32,000 nucleotides of DNA from Candidatus Kuenenia stuttgartensis (GCF_900232105.1 NZ_LT934425.1:690001-722000), one strand, 5' to 3'. Positions 15,927 to 26,115 are shown, counted from the first letter of the stretch. Notes: generated by a model not told the origin, from the sequence alone. A program made the numbers and translations.

Positions 15927-17270
15927 TCAGGTGCATTTTGTGAATTCATTCACCAGGTGGTCAATAGATTCTTTCGTTTTTGTCTCTGTTACACACAGAA
16001 GCATACAATTCACCATTCCCGGATAGTATTGAGAAATATCTATTCCACAATGAATGCCTTTTTCCTGCATACGCCTGATAATTGAAGCAATGCGAAAGTC
16101 GTTCTTCGCCTTTAAAACAAATTCATTAAAAAAAGGGTTGTGAAAAACAGGTTCAAAAATATCCAGATTACAGAGTCGTTCAAATGCATAATGGCTTTTC
16201 TGAATATTCAAATTACCAATTTCAGCGATCCCCTTTTTCCCCAGCGCACAAAGGTAAATACATGCCCGAAGGGCAAGCAGCGCCTGATTTGTACAAATGT
16301 TAGAGGTCGCCTTTTCCCGCCGGATATGTTGTTCTCTTGGCTGCAACGTCAGCACAATACACCGTCTCCCGGCCTTATCAACAGTCTCTCCGGCTATCCT
16401 CCCAGGCATTTTTCTCAGTAGCTCATTTTTTACAGTAAAAAATCCCAGGTAAGGCCCTCCGTAATTTAAATAGTTCCCCAAAACCTGCCCCTCTCCTACG
16501 GCAATATCGGCATTGTATTCTCCGGGAGGCATAAGAATGCCTAGAGATATGGGATTTACGCATGCAACAAAAAGTGCGTCATGTTTATGCGCTATTGCAG
16601 AAATCTCCTGCATATCTTCAACGCACCCAAAAAAATTCGGGCTTTGTACCAATACGGCGGCGGTATTATCTGCCAGCGATGCCTCTAATTGATGCATATC
16701 GGTCGTTCCTTCAGGACAATTGATTTCAACAATTTCTGTGTTAAAACCTTTTAAATAGGTTTTCATTACCTGACGATATTCAGGGTGAATCGCACTGGAA
16801 CAAACAATTTTATTTTTTTCCTTATGCCGTATAGAAAGCAATGCCGCCTCCGCCAATGCGGTTGAGCCGTCATACATAGATGCGTTTGCTACGTCCATTG
16901 CGGTCAATTCGCACATGAGGGTCTGAAATTCATACATCACCTGAAGCGTGCCCTGGCTGACTTCCGGTTGGTAAGGCGTGTAGCAGGTATAAAATTCACT
17001 ACGTGACGCCAGATGGTTAACAACAGAAGGAATAAAATGGTCATAGGCGCCTGCGCCTAAAAACGAAGAATAATCATCCGTTGTTTTATTCTTTTTGCTT
17101 AATTTTTTTATGGCATGCAGCACCTCCGGTTCTGATAAACCGGGTGGGAGTGACAGGGAAAAGTTTCTTAATGCTTCGGGGATTTCACCAAGAAGTGCAT
17201 CCAGGGAGGATATGCCCATATCTTCAAGCATCTTTTTTTTATCGGATTCTGTATTTGAAATATAATCCAT
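15927..17270 (-). CDS. gcvPA: Glycine dehydrogenase (aminomethyl-transferring) subunit 1
   Basis: N-terminus MDYISNTESDKKKMLEDMGISSLDAL.. and full-length P-protein alpha-subunit pattern (YTPYQPE.SQG.LQ). Start trimmed to ATG17270. Confidence 0.9.
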   Translation of the reverse strand: MDYISNTESDKKKMLEDMGISSLDALLGEIPEALRNFSLSLPPGLSEPEVLHAIKKLSKKNKTTDDYSSFLGAGAYDHFIPSVVNHLASRSEFYTCYTPYQPEVSQGTLQVMYEFQTLMCELTAMDVANASMYDGSTALAEAALLSIRHKEKNKIVCSSAIHPEYRQVMKTYLKGFNTEIVEINCPEGTTDMHQLEASLADNTAAVLVQSPNFFGCVEDMQEISAIAHKHDALFVACVNPISLGILMPPGEYNADIAVGEGQVLGNYLNYGGPYLGFFTVKNELLRKMPGRIAGETVDKAGRRCIVLTLQPREQHIRREKATSNICTNQALLALRACIYLCALGKKGIAEIGNLNIQKSHYAFERLCNLDIFEPVFHNPFFNEFVLKAKNDFRIASIIRRMQEKGIHCGIDISQYYPGMVNCMLLCVTETKTKESIDHLVNEFTKCT

Positions 17271-17368
17271 ACATACTGCCTCAACAAACAAAAATGACCG
17301 ATTCGGCCGTTTGTTTCACATTGAAATATAACCGGACGGAATGGTATTTTCTCTGCCACAAAAAATAA

Positions 17369-20300
17369 TTACCGTTGATGATACTCCTGGATCGACCTTA
17401 CATCAAGGGTTCCGCTTTTTAATGCCTCTATCGCTCTTACGGCTGCTACAGCGCCGGCAACGGTAGTAAAATAAGGAATTTGATAGGTAAGAGCAGTTCT
17501 TCTGATGGAGAAAGACGCCTCCTGCGCAGCCTTTCCCTCTGCCGTGTTTATGACGAGTTGTACTTCATTATTCTTTATATGGTCAACGATATTCGGGCGC
17601 CCTTCTATTACTTTTAAAACGGGCGTAACAGAAATATTTTCTTCTGAGAGTGCCGCTGCAGTGCCCTTTGTAGCCGTTATTTTAAATCCCATTTGGAGCA
17701 GCTTTTTTGCTATTTGCACGATAGGTTTCTTATCCTTATCCCTTACACTTATAAAAACGGAGCCGACTAATGGGAGGCAGTAATTGGCAGACATCTGCGC
17801 CTTTGCGTATGCGCGCCCGAAATCTTTATCCAGTCCCATAACTTCTCCAGTCGATTTCATTTCAGGCCCCAGCAATGTATCAACCCCTTTAAACTTTAAA
17901 AAGGGGAAAACCGCCTCTTTTACGGCAGTGTGTCTCATCGTGATATTTTCGGGCATATTTAACCCACGAAGCTTTTCCCCTGCAATTACTTTAGCCGCAA
18001 TCTTAGCCATCGGCACGCCTATCGCCTTGCTTACAAAGGGTATTGTCCTTGAAGCGCGCGGATTCACCTCCAGCACATATATCACCTTATCTTTTACCGC
18101 ATATTGAATGTTAATAAGGCCTATGACGTTCAGTGCAAGCGCTATTATCCGTGTTTCCTTCTTTAATTCTTCTATAATTTCATTATTCACTGAATAAGGT
18201 GGGAGCGAGCAGGCACTGTCTCCGGAATGAACACCTGCTTCCTCTATATGTTCCATTACTCCCCCGATAAATACTTCTTCTCCGTCACTGATTGCATCAA
18301 CATCAATTTCTATTGCGTCCTGCAAAAAGCTGTCTATTAAAACGGGATGTTCATGCGATACTTCCACCGCATGGGAAATATAATGCTCCAGACCCTGTTC
18401 ATCGTATACAATACGCATTGCACTTCCGCCCAAAACATACGATGGGCGTAATAAAACCGGATATCCTATCCTTTTTGCTATCATCTTCGCATCTTCCGCA
18501 GAGTTTGCACAGCCATTTTCCGGCTGCTTTAGTCCTAACCGGTTCATAAGCAACGCAAACCGTTCACGGTCTTCGGCAACATCAATATTCTCAGGAGAAG
18601 TGCCCAGAATTTTCACCCCTTCTTTTTCCAGGGGAACCGCGAGCTTCAGCGGAGTCTGCCCTCCAAATTGAACAATTACGCCCTCGGGTTTCTCCTTGTG
18701 AATTATCTCCAGAACATCTTCCATGGTTAGAGGTTCAAAGTAGAGCCTGTCAGAAGTGTCGTAATCCGTGCTTACCGTTTCCGGATTACAATTCACCATA
18801 ATGGTTTCATACCCCAGCTCTTTTAAGGCGTAAACTCCATGCACACAACAGTAATCGAACTCAATTCCTTGTCCTATCCGATTAGGGCCGCTCCCCAAAA
18901 TAATAATCTTTCTCTTTGTAGTGGGATCCGCTTCACACGAAGTTTCGTACGTTGAATATAAATAAGGGGTAAATGCTTTAAACTCTGCGGCACATGTATC
19001 CACATGTTTAAATACCGGCCTCACAGACGTCCGGTACCGGTATTCCCTTATTGTCTTCTCATCGGAACCGCATAACCTGGCTAAAAATATATCAGAAAAC
19101 CCATATTGTTTTGCTTTTGCAAGCAATTCAGCATTCATAACAAAATCCCTGTTTTTTTGTGATGCGTCATTGTCCTTTAACTTTACCATTAAATGTCTTT
19201 GTTTAATCTCATTTTCAAGGTCTGTTATTTGTTTAATGTTATAAAGAAACCATTTGTCAATACGGGAATAGGTATAAATTTCGTCAAGGGTCATGCCCAG
19301 ACGAAAAGCGTCCGCAATATGCCATAACCTGTCGGGGGTTGGCGTAATCAGTTTCATTTGTAAATATTCCGATTTTTGTTCAGCCGTCCAGTCATCGATT
19401 CCAGAAGGCAGGAGGGGGTCAAAACCGCTTCGCCCGGTTTCGAGAGAACGAATCGCCTTGCCTACCGCTTCTTTAAAAGTACGGCCAATCGCCATAACCT
19501 CACCGACTGATTTCATATGAATAGTAAGCTCCTGGATAGTATCAGGGAATTTGTCAAAATTGAACCGCGGAATTTTGACTACACAATAATCTATGGCCGG
19601 TTCAAAGCAGGCGGGGGTGTAGCGGGTAATGTCATTAGGGATTTCATCGAGCGTATACCCGATTGCAAGTTTTGCGGCGATCTTTGCGATAGGGAATCCT
19701 GTGGCTTTTGAAGCCAATGCAGAACTCCTTGAGACCCTTGGATTCATTTCAATCGCAAGCATCTCGCCATTTTCAGGGTTGACGGCAAACTGAATATTTG
19801 AACCTCCGGTTTCAACGCCTATTTCCCTGATGATTCTGACCGCGGCATCACGCATTTTCTGATACTCCATGTCAGTAAGCGTCTGCGCAGGCGCCACAGT
19901 GATACTGTCGCCCGTATGGACTCCCATTGGGTCAAAATTTTCAATAGAGCATATGATGACGACATTATCTTTTAAGTCACGCATAACTTCCAGTTCATAC
20001 TCTTTCCACCCAAGAACTGAACGTTCTACTAAAACTTCATGAATGGGGCTTGTCTCCAGCCCTGTAGTTATATACTCTTTATATTCTTCAATGTTATACG
20101 CCGTACTGCCTCCTGACCCTCCAAGCGTGAAAGATGCACGGATAATGGCAGGGAAACCGATGGCGTCTATAATCTTCAGCGCAGTGTCTAAAGAATTGAC
20201 ATACACACTTTCAGGCACTTGTACGCCAATACGCCCCATCGCCGCCTTAAATTGCGAACGGTCTTCAGCCATTTTTATGGCTTTTAGTTTTGCGCCTATA

Positions 20301-20644
20301 AGCTCTACATTAAACTTATCCAATACGCCTTTTTCTGCAAGGGACACAGCGGCATTTAGCCCTGTCTGCCCCCCAAGCGTCGGCAATATCGCCTGCGGGC
20401 GTTCCTTTTCAATGATTTTTGTAATTATTTCCGTTGTGATGGGTTCAATATACGTTTTGTCCGCCACCTCCGGGTCAGTCATAATCGTCGCCGGGTTGCT
20501 GTTTACCAGGATAACCGTATATCCCTCTTCCCTTAAGGCGTGGCATGCCTGGGTGCCGGAATAATCAAATTCGCACGCCTGGCCAATGACAATAGGGCCA
20601 GAGCCAATAATCAGGATTTTTTCAATATCATTTCGTTTGGGCAT
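17369..20644 (-). CDS. carB: Carbamoyl-phosphate synthase large subunit
   Basis: 1091 aa starting [30 protein letters not shown], with duplicated ATP-grasp halves and an MGS-like C-terminus. Confidence 0.95.
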   Translation of the reverse strand: MPKRNDIEKILIIGSGPIVIGQACEFDYSGTQACHALREEGYTVILVNSNPATIMTDPEVADKTYIEPITTEIITKIIEKERPQAILPTLGGQTGLNAAVSLAEKGVLDKFNVELIGAKLKAIKMAEDRSQFKAAMGRIGVQVPESVYVNSLDTALKIIDAIGFPAIIRASFTLGGSGGSTAYNIEEYKEYITTGLETSPIHEVLVERSVLGWKEYELEVMRDLKDNVVIICSIENFDPMGVHTGDSITVAPAQTLTDMEYQKMRDAAVRIIREIGVETGGSNIQFAVNPENGEMLAIEMNPRVSRSSALASKATGFPIAKIAAKLAIGYTLDEIPNDITRYTPACFEPAIDYCVVKIPRFNFDKFPDTIQELTIHMKSVGEVMAIGRTFKEAVGKAIRSLETGRSGFDPLLPSGIDDWTAEQKSEYLQMKLITPTPDRLWHIADAFRLGMTLDEIYTYSRIDKWFLYNIKQITDLENEIKQRHLMVKLKDNDASQKNRDFVMNAELLAKAKQYGFSDIFLARLCGSDEKTIREYRYRTSVRPVFKHVDTCAAEFKAFTPYLYSTYETSCEADPTTKRKIIILGSGPNRIGQGIEFDYCCVHGVYALKELGYETIMVNCNPETVSTDYDTSDRLYFEPLTMEDVLEIIHKEKPEGVIVQFGGQTPLKLAVPLEKEGVKILGTSPENIDVAEDRERFALLMNRLGLKQPENGCANSAEDAKMIAKRIGYPVLLRPSYVLGGSAMRIVYDEQGLEHYISHAVEVSHEHPVLIDSFLQDAIEIDVDAISDGEEVFIGGVMEHIEEAGVHSGDSACSLPPYSVNNEIIEELKKETRIIALALNVIGLINIQYAVKDKVIYVLEVNPRASRTIPFVSKAIGVPMAKIAAKVIAGEKLRGLNMPENITMRHTAVKEAVFPFLKFKGVDTLLGPEMKSTGEVMGLDKDFGRAYAKAQMSANYCLPLVGSVFISVRDKDKKPIVQIAKKLLQMGFKITATKGTAAALSEENISVTPVLKVIEGRPNIVDHIKNNEVQLVINTAEGKAAQEASFSIRRTALTYQIPYFTTVAGAVAAVRAIEALKSGTLDVRSIQEYHQR

Positions 20645-20777
20645 TTTATATATAGCTAAAAGTATCTATTCCCCGAAAAATTTAATGTAGCATCTTAATA
20701 TCGATAGGGTTGGTTGGCACGAACAAACTTATTAGTCCCTAAGCTGGTATAGCTGGAACATAACAAGCACAATATAA

Positions 20778-20900
20778 AAAATCCGAAATGCGAAGCACGA
20801 AATCCGAAACAAATTTCAAAATACAAAATCTCAATGAAAAAAACGGGTTTTGAACATTTTGAAATTAAAATTTAGCATTTATTTCGTATTTCGAATTTGG
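20778..20900. repeat. CGAAAT/ATTTCG-rich imperfect palindromic repeat (family copy 2)
   Basis: AAATCCGAAATGCGAAGCACGAAATCCGAAACAAATTTCAAAATACAAAATC ... GAACATTTTGAAATT...ATTTCGTATTTCGAATTTGG. It is related to 14222-14265 and 25940-26115 and lies inside the carA-carB spacer. Confidence 0.65.
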
Positions 20901-20963
20901 TTGCAGCCAAAGGCCGCGCCAAGAAATCTGTGGTTTCCTTTTTGCTCATATCTCTCCAAAGCA

Positions 20964-22085
20964 TCAACTTTTCATCGTCTGCAAAAATCTATCAAACAAA
21001 TAATCTGCATCGTGAGGCCCTGGGGAGGCTTCCGGGTGGTATTGCACGGAAAAGGCAGGCACAGAATGGCATTTCAACCCCTCTACGGATTTATCATTTA
21101 AGTTCAGATGTGTAATTTCCACATCCCCATAAGTGCTTTTATGCAACATGCCCTGCGATGGTATTTCCACGGCAAAACAGTGATTCTGGGCAGTGATTTC
21201 CACCTTTTTAGTCGATAAATCCATGACGGGTTGGTTTCCGCCATGATGCCCAAACTTGAGTTTGGACGTTTTCAGCCCCAATGCGAGCGCCAGCAACTGA
21301 TGTCCCAGGCATATCCCAAATATTGGCCTTTTCCCTAACAGGCCTTTAATGTTCTCAATCATATATGAAACGACCGAAGGGTCTCCAGGTCCGTTGGAAA
21401 GAACAATGCCGTCAGGATTCATCTCCAATACCGTTTCAAATGAGGTTTTTGCAGGAACGACGTGTACAGAACAACCGGCATGCGCCAATTTTCTTAAAAT
21501 AGAGTATTTTACGCCACAATCATAAACAATAACCTTGTATTTACGGGATAAGTGAGGTGTGCCTTTTTTATTTACCCAGTCATACGGTTTTTCACAGGTC
21601 ACCTTTGCAACCAAATCTCTTCCGGTAAGACCAGGCGCTGATTTTGCTTTTTCCTGCAACCGTGTCCTATCAAAATCTATGGTTGAAATAATGCCCTGCT
21701 GCGATCCAAAATCACGGATCTGGCATGTAAGTGCCCTGGTATCAATACCTTGAATACCAACGATCCCCTTTTTCACAAGAAATTCTGATAAATCTATTTT
21801 TGACCGCCAATTACTGGAGAATGGAGAGCATTCTTTAACGATAAATCCTTCCAGAAAAAGTTTGTATGATTCAACGTCCTCTTCATTAATGCCATAATTG
21901 CCTATTAACGGATACGTTAAAGCAACAATCTGACCTGCATATGATGGATCTGTCAGGATTTCCTGATATCCCATCATGCTCGTATTGAAGACAAGTTCCC
22001 CAATTGTCTCTCCGGCAGCCCCTAATGAGCATCCATTGAAACACGTTCCGTCTTCCAGTACCAATATTGCCTTTTTTTCATTCAT
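20964..22085 (-). CDS. carA: Carbamoyl-phosphate synthase small (glutaminase) subunit
   Basis: 373 aa with the GATase triad context GICLGHQLL and HP at ..QYHPE. Confidence 0.95.
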   Translation of the reverse strand: MNEKKAILVLEDGTCFNGCSLGAAGETIGELVFNTSMMGYQEILTDPSYAGQIVALTYPLIGNYGINEEDVESYKLFLEGFIVKECSPFSSNWRSKIDLSEFLVKKGIVGIQGIDTRALTCQIRDFGSQQGIISTIDFDRTRLQEKAKSAPGLTGRDLVAKVTCEKPYDWVNKKGTPHLSRKYKVIVYDCGVKYSILRKLAHAGCSVHVVPAKTSFETVLEMNPDGIVLSNGPGDPSVVSYMIENIKGLLGKRPIFGICLGHQLLALALGLKTSKLKFGHHGGNQPVMDLSTKKVEITAQNHCFAVEIPSQGMLHKSTYGDVEITHLNLNDKSVEGLKCHSVPAFSVQYHPEASPGPHDADYLFDRFLQTMKS

Positions 22086-22119
22086 AATTTATAACACCGG
22101 GGAATTTCAATATTTTTGT

Positions 22120-22198
22120 ATAGACGCATTGCATACGTCTCTGTTTTGTCAACATTTTCATTACATGCAACAGTTTATAGACGCATGCAATGCGTCTA
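22120..22198. repeat. Two copies of a palindromic motif, TATAGACGCAT..ATGCGTCTAT
   Basis: Copy 2 (22176-22198) is a perfect 10-bp dyad with a 3-nt centre, ATAGACGCAT-GCA-ATGCGTCTAT. Copy 1 (22120-22140) is a degenerate version. Confidence 0.75.
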
Positions 22199-22228
22199 TG
22201 CAATTAAACATCAGCAACGGCATAAAGT

Positions 22229-22255
22229 CGCTGCCAAAGGCAGCTTAATTTGTTT
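22229..22255 (+). terminator. Intrinsic-terminator-like hairpin with no obvious upstream gene
   Basis: GCTGCC-AAA-GGCAGC followed by TTAATTTGTTTT. It sits in the carA / ribBA divergent region. Confidence 0.35.
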
Positions 22256-22429
22256 TAATGCAAAGCCTTACGATAGGTTTACCGCAGACATTGCAATAGT
22301 TTTAGGATTTCAAATCGTACAACTAAAAAATAAATGTGTCAAGGCAAATTAAAAAACTTTGCCATGTTAGCTTTTTGCTTGATTAAGACTTTGCCTCTGT
22401 TATAGTTATAGGAAATAATATGCTACTTT

Positions 22430-22553
22430 GTAACACTTTAGTTTTTTGAAAAATTCCAATAATAGCGGTGTTTTGCCGCATAGTGTAAGGGCGAAGTATT
22501 TGCTGTAAATTGTCATAAATGCATTCATACCCAAAGGAGCAAATGTTTCGCCC
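22430..22553 (+). repeat. Structured intergenic repeat, copy B
   Basis: Same 5' module and 15-bp arms as copy A (arms at 22489-22503 and 22539-22553). The 35-nt loop (22504-22538) is the reverse complement of the copy A loop. Confidence 0.8.
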
Positions 22554-22691
22554 ATTCTTTTTAAAAAAACTAAAATGTTACGAAATTATCGTATATTTAT
22601 GTAATATTATTATCTTTAAATAACAGTTCATGCTTGTCCTTTTACAACACGGGCAGTATTTCATAGACAAATCAATTGTGAGGTGTATTCA

Positions 22692-23918
22692 ATGCAATTC
22701 AATTCAATACAAGAAGTAATAGAAGACCTTAGAAATGGGAAAATGACAATATTAATAGACGACGAGAGTCGGGAAAATGAGGGGGATTTAATTCTTGCAG
22801 CGGAAAGGGTTACTCCCGAAGCTATTAACTTTATACTAACACATGCAAGAGGCATTCTTTGCCTTGCGATAAATGCCAAAAGGGCTGAAGAACTGGACTT
22901 TTATCCAATGGTTTCCAATAACACATCAAGCTTTCAGACGCCTTTTACCGTTTCCGTTGACGCCGCAAGAGAAATTTCCACAGGCGTATCTTCCAAAGAC
23001 AGGGCAACGACCATATTAACAGCCATTGATGATAATGCCACTGCGGAAGACTTTGTTCGACCAGGTCACATATTTCCGCTAAAGGCGCATAACGGCGGAG
23101 TTCTTGTCAGAGCCGGCCATACAGAAGGAGCCGTTGACCTAACCCGCATTGCCGGTCTCAAAAATGCCGCAGTCATTTGCGAAATTATGAGGGAAGACGG
23201 AAACATGGCAAAACTTCCGGACCTCAAAAAATTTGCCGAAAAAAACAATCTCAAAATCTGTACAATTGCGGATATCATAAAATACCGCCATGAACAGGAA
23301 CGATTAATTGAGAAACGCGTAACCGCAAAACTCCCCACAATATATGGGGAATTCATCCTTCATCTCTATCGTTCCTTTGTTGATGAGTACCTCCACCTTG
23401 CTTTATGCCTGGAAGTTGGCAGCAAAGACATAAATACTCCTTCCCCAATGCAAAATGAACCGATACTGGTAAGGGTACACGATGAATGTCTGACGAGCGA
23501 TGTTTTCGGTTCTTTGCGTTGTGACTGCGGAGAACAGCTTCATAATGCCCTCAAAATCATAAAGGAAAACGGTAAGGGTGTTTTGCTTTATATGAGGCAG
23601 GAAGGACGAGGGATCGGCTTAGAAAACAAATTGCATGCGTACCACTTACAAGATAAAGGATTGGATACGGTAGAGGCAAATGAGAAACTAGGACTTCCAG
23701 TGGACAAAAGGGACTATGGAATCGGCGCACAAATTTTAAGAGATCTGGGCATTACTAAAATGCGTTTGCTTTCGAACAATCCAAAAAAATTTGCCGCGCT
23801 TGCAGGATATGGACTGGAAATAGTTGAGCGCGTGCCAATCGTTGTTGAACCAAACGCAGAAAATCAAAAATATCTGCGTACGAAAAAGGAAAAACTTGGA
23901 CACATGATAGAGACGTAA
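22692..23918 (+). CDS. ribBA: Bifunctional 3,4-dihydroxy-2-butanone-4-phosphate synthase / GTP cyclohydrolase II
   Basis: RibB half (DDESRENEGDL, HTEG) and RibA half (CLTSDVFGSLRCDCG..QL). ATG22692 is preferred because GAGGTG lies 7 nt upstream. Confidence 0.9.
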   Translation: MQFNSIQEVIEDLRNGKMTILIDDESRENEGDLILAAERVTPEAINFILTHARGILCLAINAKRAEELDFYPMVSNNTSSFQTPFTVSVDAAREISTGVSSKDRATTILTAIDDNATAEDFVRPGHIFPLKAHNGGVLVRAGHTEGAVDLTRIAGLKNAAVICEIMREDGNMAKLPDLKKFAEKNNLKICTIADIIKYRHEQERLIEKRVTAKLPTIYGEFILHLYRSFVDEYLHLALCLEVGSKDINTPSPMQNEPILVRVHDECLTSDVFGSLRCDCGEQLHNALKIIKENGKGVLLYMRQEGRGIGLENKLHAYHLQDKGLDTVEANEKLGLPVDKRDYGIGAQILRDLGITKMRLLSNNPKKFAALAGYGLEIVERVPIVVEPNAENQKYLRTKKEKLGHMIET

Positions 23919-24029
23919 TAATTAACAACCTAAACAGTGTTGGTAAAGCTTCAAAACCGGTAAAAAGATATTGAAACCACAGATCCTCCGTATTACACAT
24001 ATTTTTAAATCAGGCATTTGGCAGTACCA

Positions 24030-24638
24030 TCAGGAGGCAGCAGCCAGCTTATCCAAAATACTCCGTAACATGCGAGGGTCGATGTACCTTATACCTAGCT
24101 TATCCGCCCATTTGACAATGCCGGTATCCGCAGTCATCATTATGCCGTCCATTTCTTTTGCAAGCAGGATTAAATCAACGTCTTCTTTGCTGTCAATAAT
24201 TCCCTCACGCAGCGCCATGCGATATTTTTTCCTGAGATTTGCTATCGCTTCAGGTTCGGTATCGGGCGAGGTTTCCCTGACGGCGGTTTCCGCCACCCTC
24301 AAGCCCTTATCGATCCTCAGCCGTACGTCTTCAATAAGTTCATAGAGCAAAAACGCGGGAACGGTCAACTCGTAACGTTTCGGGGATTTTTGCTGCAATA
24401 ACATTTGCAAATCAACTTGTATATCTTTTATCTCTACAAAGTTTAAAAGCTCCTCATAAATCGTCTGCGGCATATAAAAGGTAGGCCCTTTCAATTTGCT
24501 GATAATTTCAAGAAAAGAACGCAGGGCATCTGTAGGGTCATTGCCAAAGGTCTGATAAACTTCCGGATTGGTAAAGATACTGGTATCGATAATTATCTTT
24601 TCGTTGATGATTTGTTCATGTTTTATGTCTTTTTGCAT
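24030..24638 (-). CDS. HARP-type PIN_5 protein ('RNA ligase partner' / Aquifex protein-only RNase P homolog)
   Basis: 202 aa with [81 protein letters not shown] and [21 protein letters not shown]. From memory, these match the family signature blocks, including the PIN acidic residues. Confidence 0.75.
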   Translation of the reverse strand: MQKDIKHEQIINEKIIIDTSIFTNPEVYQTFGNDPTDALRSFLEIISKLKGPTFYMPQTIYEELLNFVEIKDIQVDLQMLLQQKSPKRYELTVPAFLLYELIEDVRLRIDKGLRVAETAVRETSPDTEPEAIANLRKKYRMALREGIIDSKEDVDLILLAKEMDGIMMTADTGIVKWADKLGIRYIDPRMLRSILDKLAAAS

Positions 24639-25870
24639 ATAGTTCTTTCATTTTCAGTAAGCTGAAATATTTTTTTAAAAAGTTCCTCTTCCGCAGCGGA
24701 CATTTTTTTATCCCGTCTTTCCATAGCAAGCCTTGCCACACATAATGCCTTATCCCACTCGTAAACCCTTATCCCATTGACGGTACACCATGAAAACGAA
24801 GGTAGATATTTCGGAGGATAGAGATTGGTGACAATATTGCATGCAAAGCCAATGACACTCCCTGTCATAATCGTCGTATTTATGGCGGTTTTCGTATGAT
24901 CTCCCATCGCCATGCCAAGGGAATTGTGGTTTGTGTTTATGAGGGTATTTCCCATTTGAACTTTTATGAGGCCATAGGTATTAAGTAAATTACTGTTCGT
25001 TGTATCCGCCCCGATGTTGACCCATGAACCAAGATAGGAGTCGCCCAAGAATCCGTCATGTTGTTTGTTGGTAAAGCTGTGGAATATTGTGTTTACGATT
25101 TCTCCCCCTATTTTGCATACTTCTCCGATATTGGTGCCTCCCCGTAACCGCGAATTGGGCAGGATTACAGAATTATCTCCAATGTAAACCGGCCCCTCAA
25201 TGGAGGTATTAGGGGAAATGGTTACATTATTGCCAATATAAACCGGCCCATTCTCTGCGTCGAGTACACAGCAAGGTTTGATCCTGCTGCCCTTTCCAAT
25301 GTATATCTTATCTTTATTGATGAGATAAGTGCCTTCATACACGTTCCCCGCATTCCGTCCCTCCTTAACAAATAAGGAAAAGTCTTCCGCTATTTGATGT
25401 GCATTACGTTTTATAATGTCCCAATAATAACTGAATACCGGCGTATGAATATCAACCCTAGGCAAGGTGTTTTCCCATTTTTCATGATAGTTTTCTTCAA
25501 GAAATGTGTTATACGATATTTTTCCAGGGGAATTTTTTTTGAGACGAAGGTAAACAACCGTATCGCCTTGCATGCCAATTTCCTCAGGGCCTTCCAAAGA
25601 AACAGGACGCGAAAGAATCGCGCGGCCGTTTATAAAAAGACAGCTATCGTTCTGTTTCCGGGGGGCATTCACCTCCAGGGGATAACGTTCCTTTACAATA
25701 TCCGCGAGGGCATCCCTGCAGAAAAGGGTAATGGTAGCACCGGGATAAAGTCTAGATATCCTTTCCCATTGCGTATACAAACCACAACGCAACTCAAACG
25801 TTGCCCTGGTGTATACGAGGGGAGCAAGGCGTGAATAATTGGCGTCTTCGAAAATATAAATATGAGACAA
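24623..25870 (-). CDS. Putative sugar nucleotidyltransferase with left-handed beta-helix (NTP_transf_4 + hexapeptide repeats)
   Basis: TTG start preceded by AGAGGG. N-terminus [30 protein letters not shown] is typical of this family. The C-terminal half has many [LIV]G..[ST]..[LIV] hexapeptide repeats. The 3' end overlaps the HARP gene start by 16 nt. Confidence 0.7.
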   Translation of the reverse strand: MSHIYIFEDANYSRLAPLVYTRATFELRCGLYTQWERISRLYPGATITLFCRDALADIVKERYPLEVNAPRKQNDSCLFINGRAILSRPVSLEGPEEIGMQGDTVVYLRLKKNSPGKISYNTFLEENYHEKWENTLPRVDIHTPVFSYYWDIIKRNAHQIAEDFSLFVKEGRNAGNVYEGTYLINKDKIYIGKGSRIKPCCVLDAENGPVYIGNNVTISPNTSIEGPVYIGDNSVILPNSRLRGGTNIGEVCKIGGEIVNTIFHSFTNKQHDGFLGDSYLGSWVNIGADTTNSNLLNTYGLIKVQMGNTLINTNHNSLGMAMGDHTKTAINTTIMTGSVIGFACNIVTNLYPPKYLPSFSWCTVNGIRVYEWDKALCVARLAMERRDKKMSAAEEELFKKIFQLTENERTICKKT

Positions 25871-25939
25871 ATTGAATTACCCTCTTTTCCATGGAAAGAC
25901 CTTAATTTCTTTGCATTTTCAGGCAAAATATTTAACAGT

Positions 25940-26115
25940 AAAATCCGAAAACACGAGATACGAAACAAATTCCAATAACAAAATGATTTGAAATTCTAAA
26001 CAAGTACGTCTTTCGTATCTTGCATTTCGTGCTTCATATTGTTGTATGTTTTGGATTTTATGCTTTGTTATTCGAATTTGTTTCGTATTTCGTACTTCGT
26101 ATTTCGTATTTCTTG
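25940..26115. repeat. CGAAAT/ATTTCG-rich palindromic repeat (family copy 3) with 25-bp inverted arms
   Basis: ATACGAAACAAATTCCAATAACAAA (25958-25982) matches the reverse complement of 26064-26088 at 24 of 25 positions, with an 81-bp spacer. It is flanked by ATTTCGTA tandem units (26081-26110). Confidence 0.7.

Noticed and set aside
17271-17368. Glycine riboswitch upstream of gcvPA, and the fact that gcvPA has no gcvPB, gcvT or gcvH neighbour
   Set aside because: No GGAGAG..CACCG..GGGCAA-type glycine aptamer core is visible in the 98-nt leader. A dispersed gcv gene arrangement occurs in many genomes and cannot be judged from one window.
20715-20730. Sigma-54-like TGGCAC in the carA-carB spacer
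   Set aside because: The -12 element (TTGC) is absent at the required spacing, and the motif is on the strand opposite to carB.
22554-22691. FMN (RFN) riboswitch expected upstream of ribBA
   Set aside because: None of the conserved RFN blocks (GGGCAGGGTGAAATTCCC, GACAGT..AGTCTGGATG) is present between 22086 and 22691. The region instead holds repeat copy B and AT-rich sequence.
14222-26115. Whether the dispersed CGAAAT-rich repeats or heptamer blocks could be CRISPR arrays
   Set aside because: There is no regular repeat-spacer periodicity and no conserved 25-40-nt unit alternating with unique spacers. No cas genes are present in the window.
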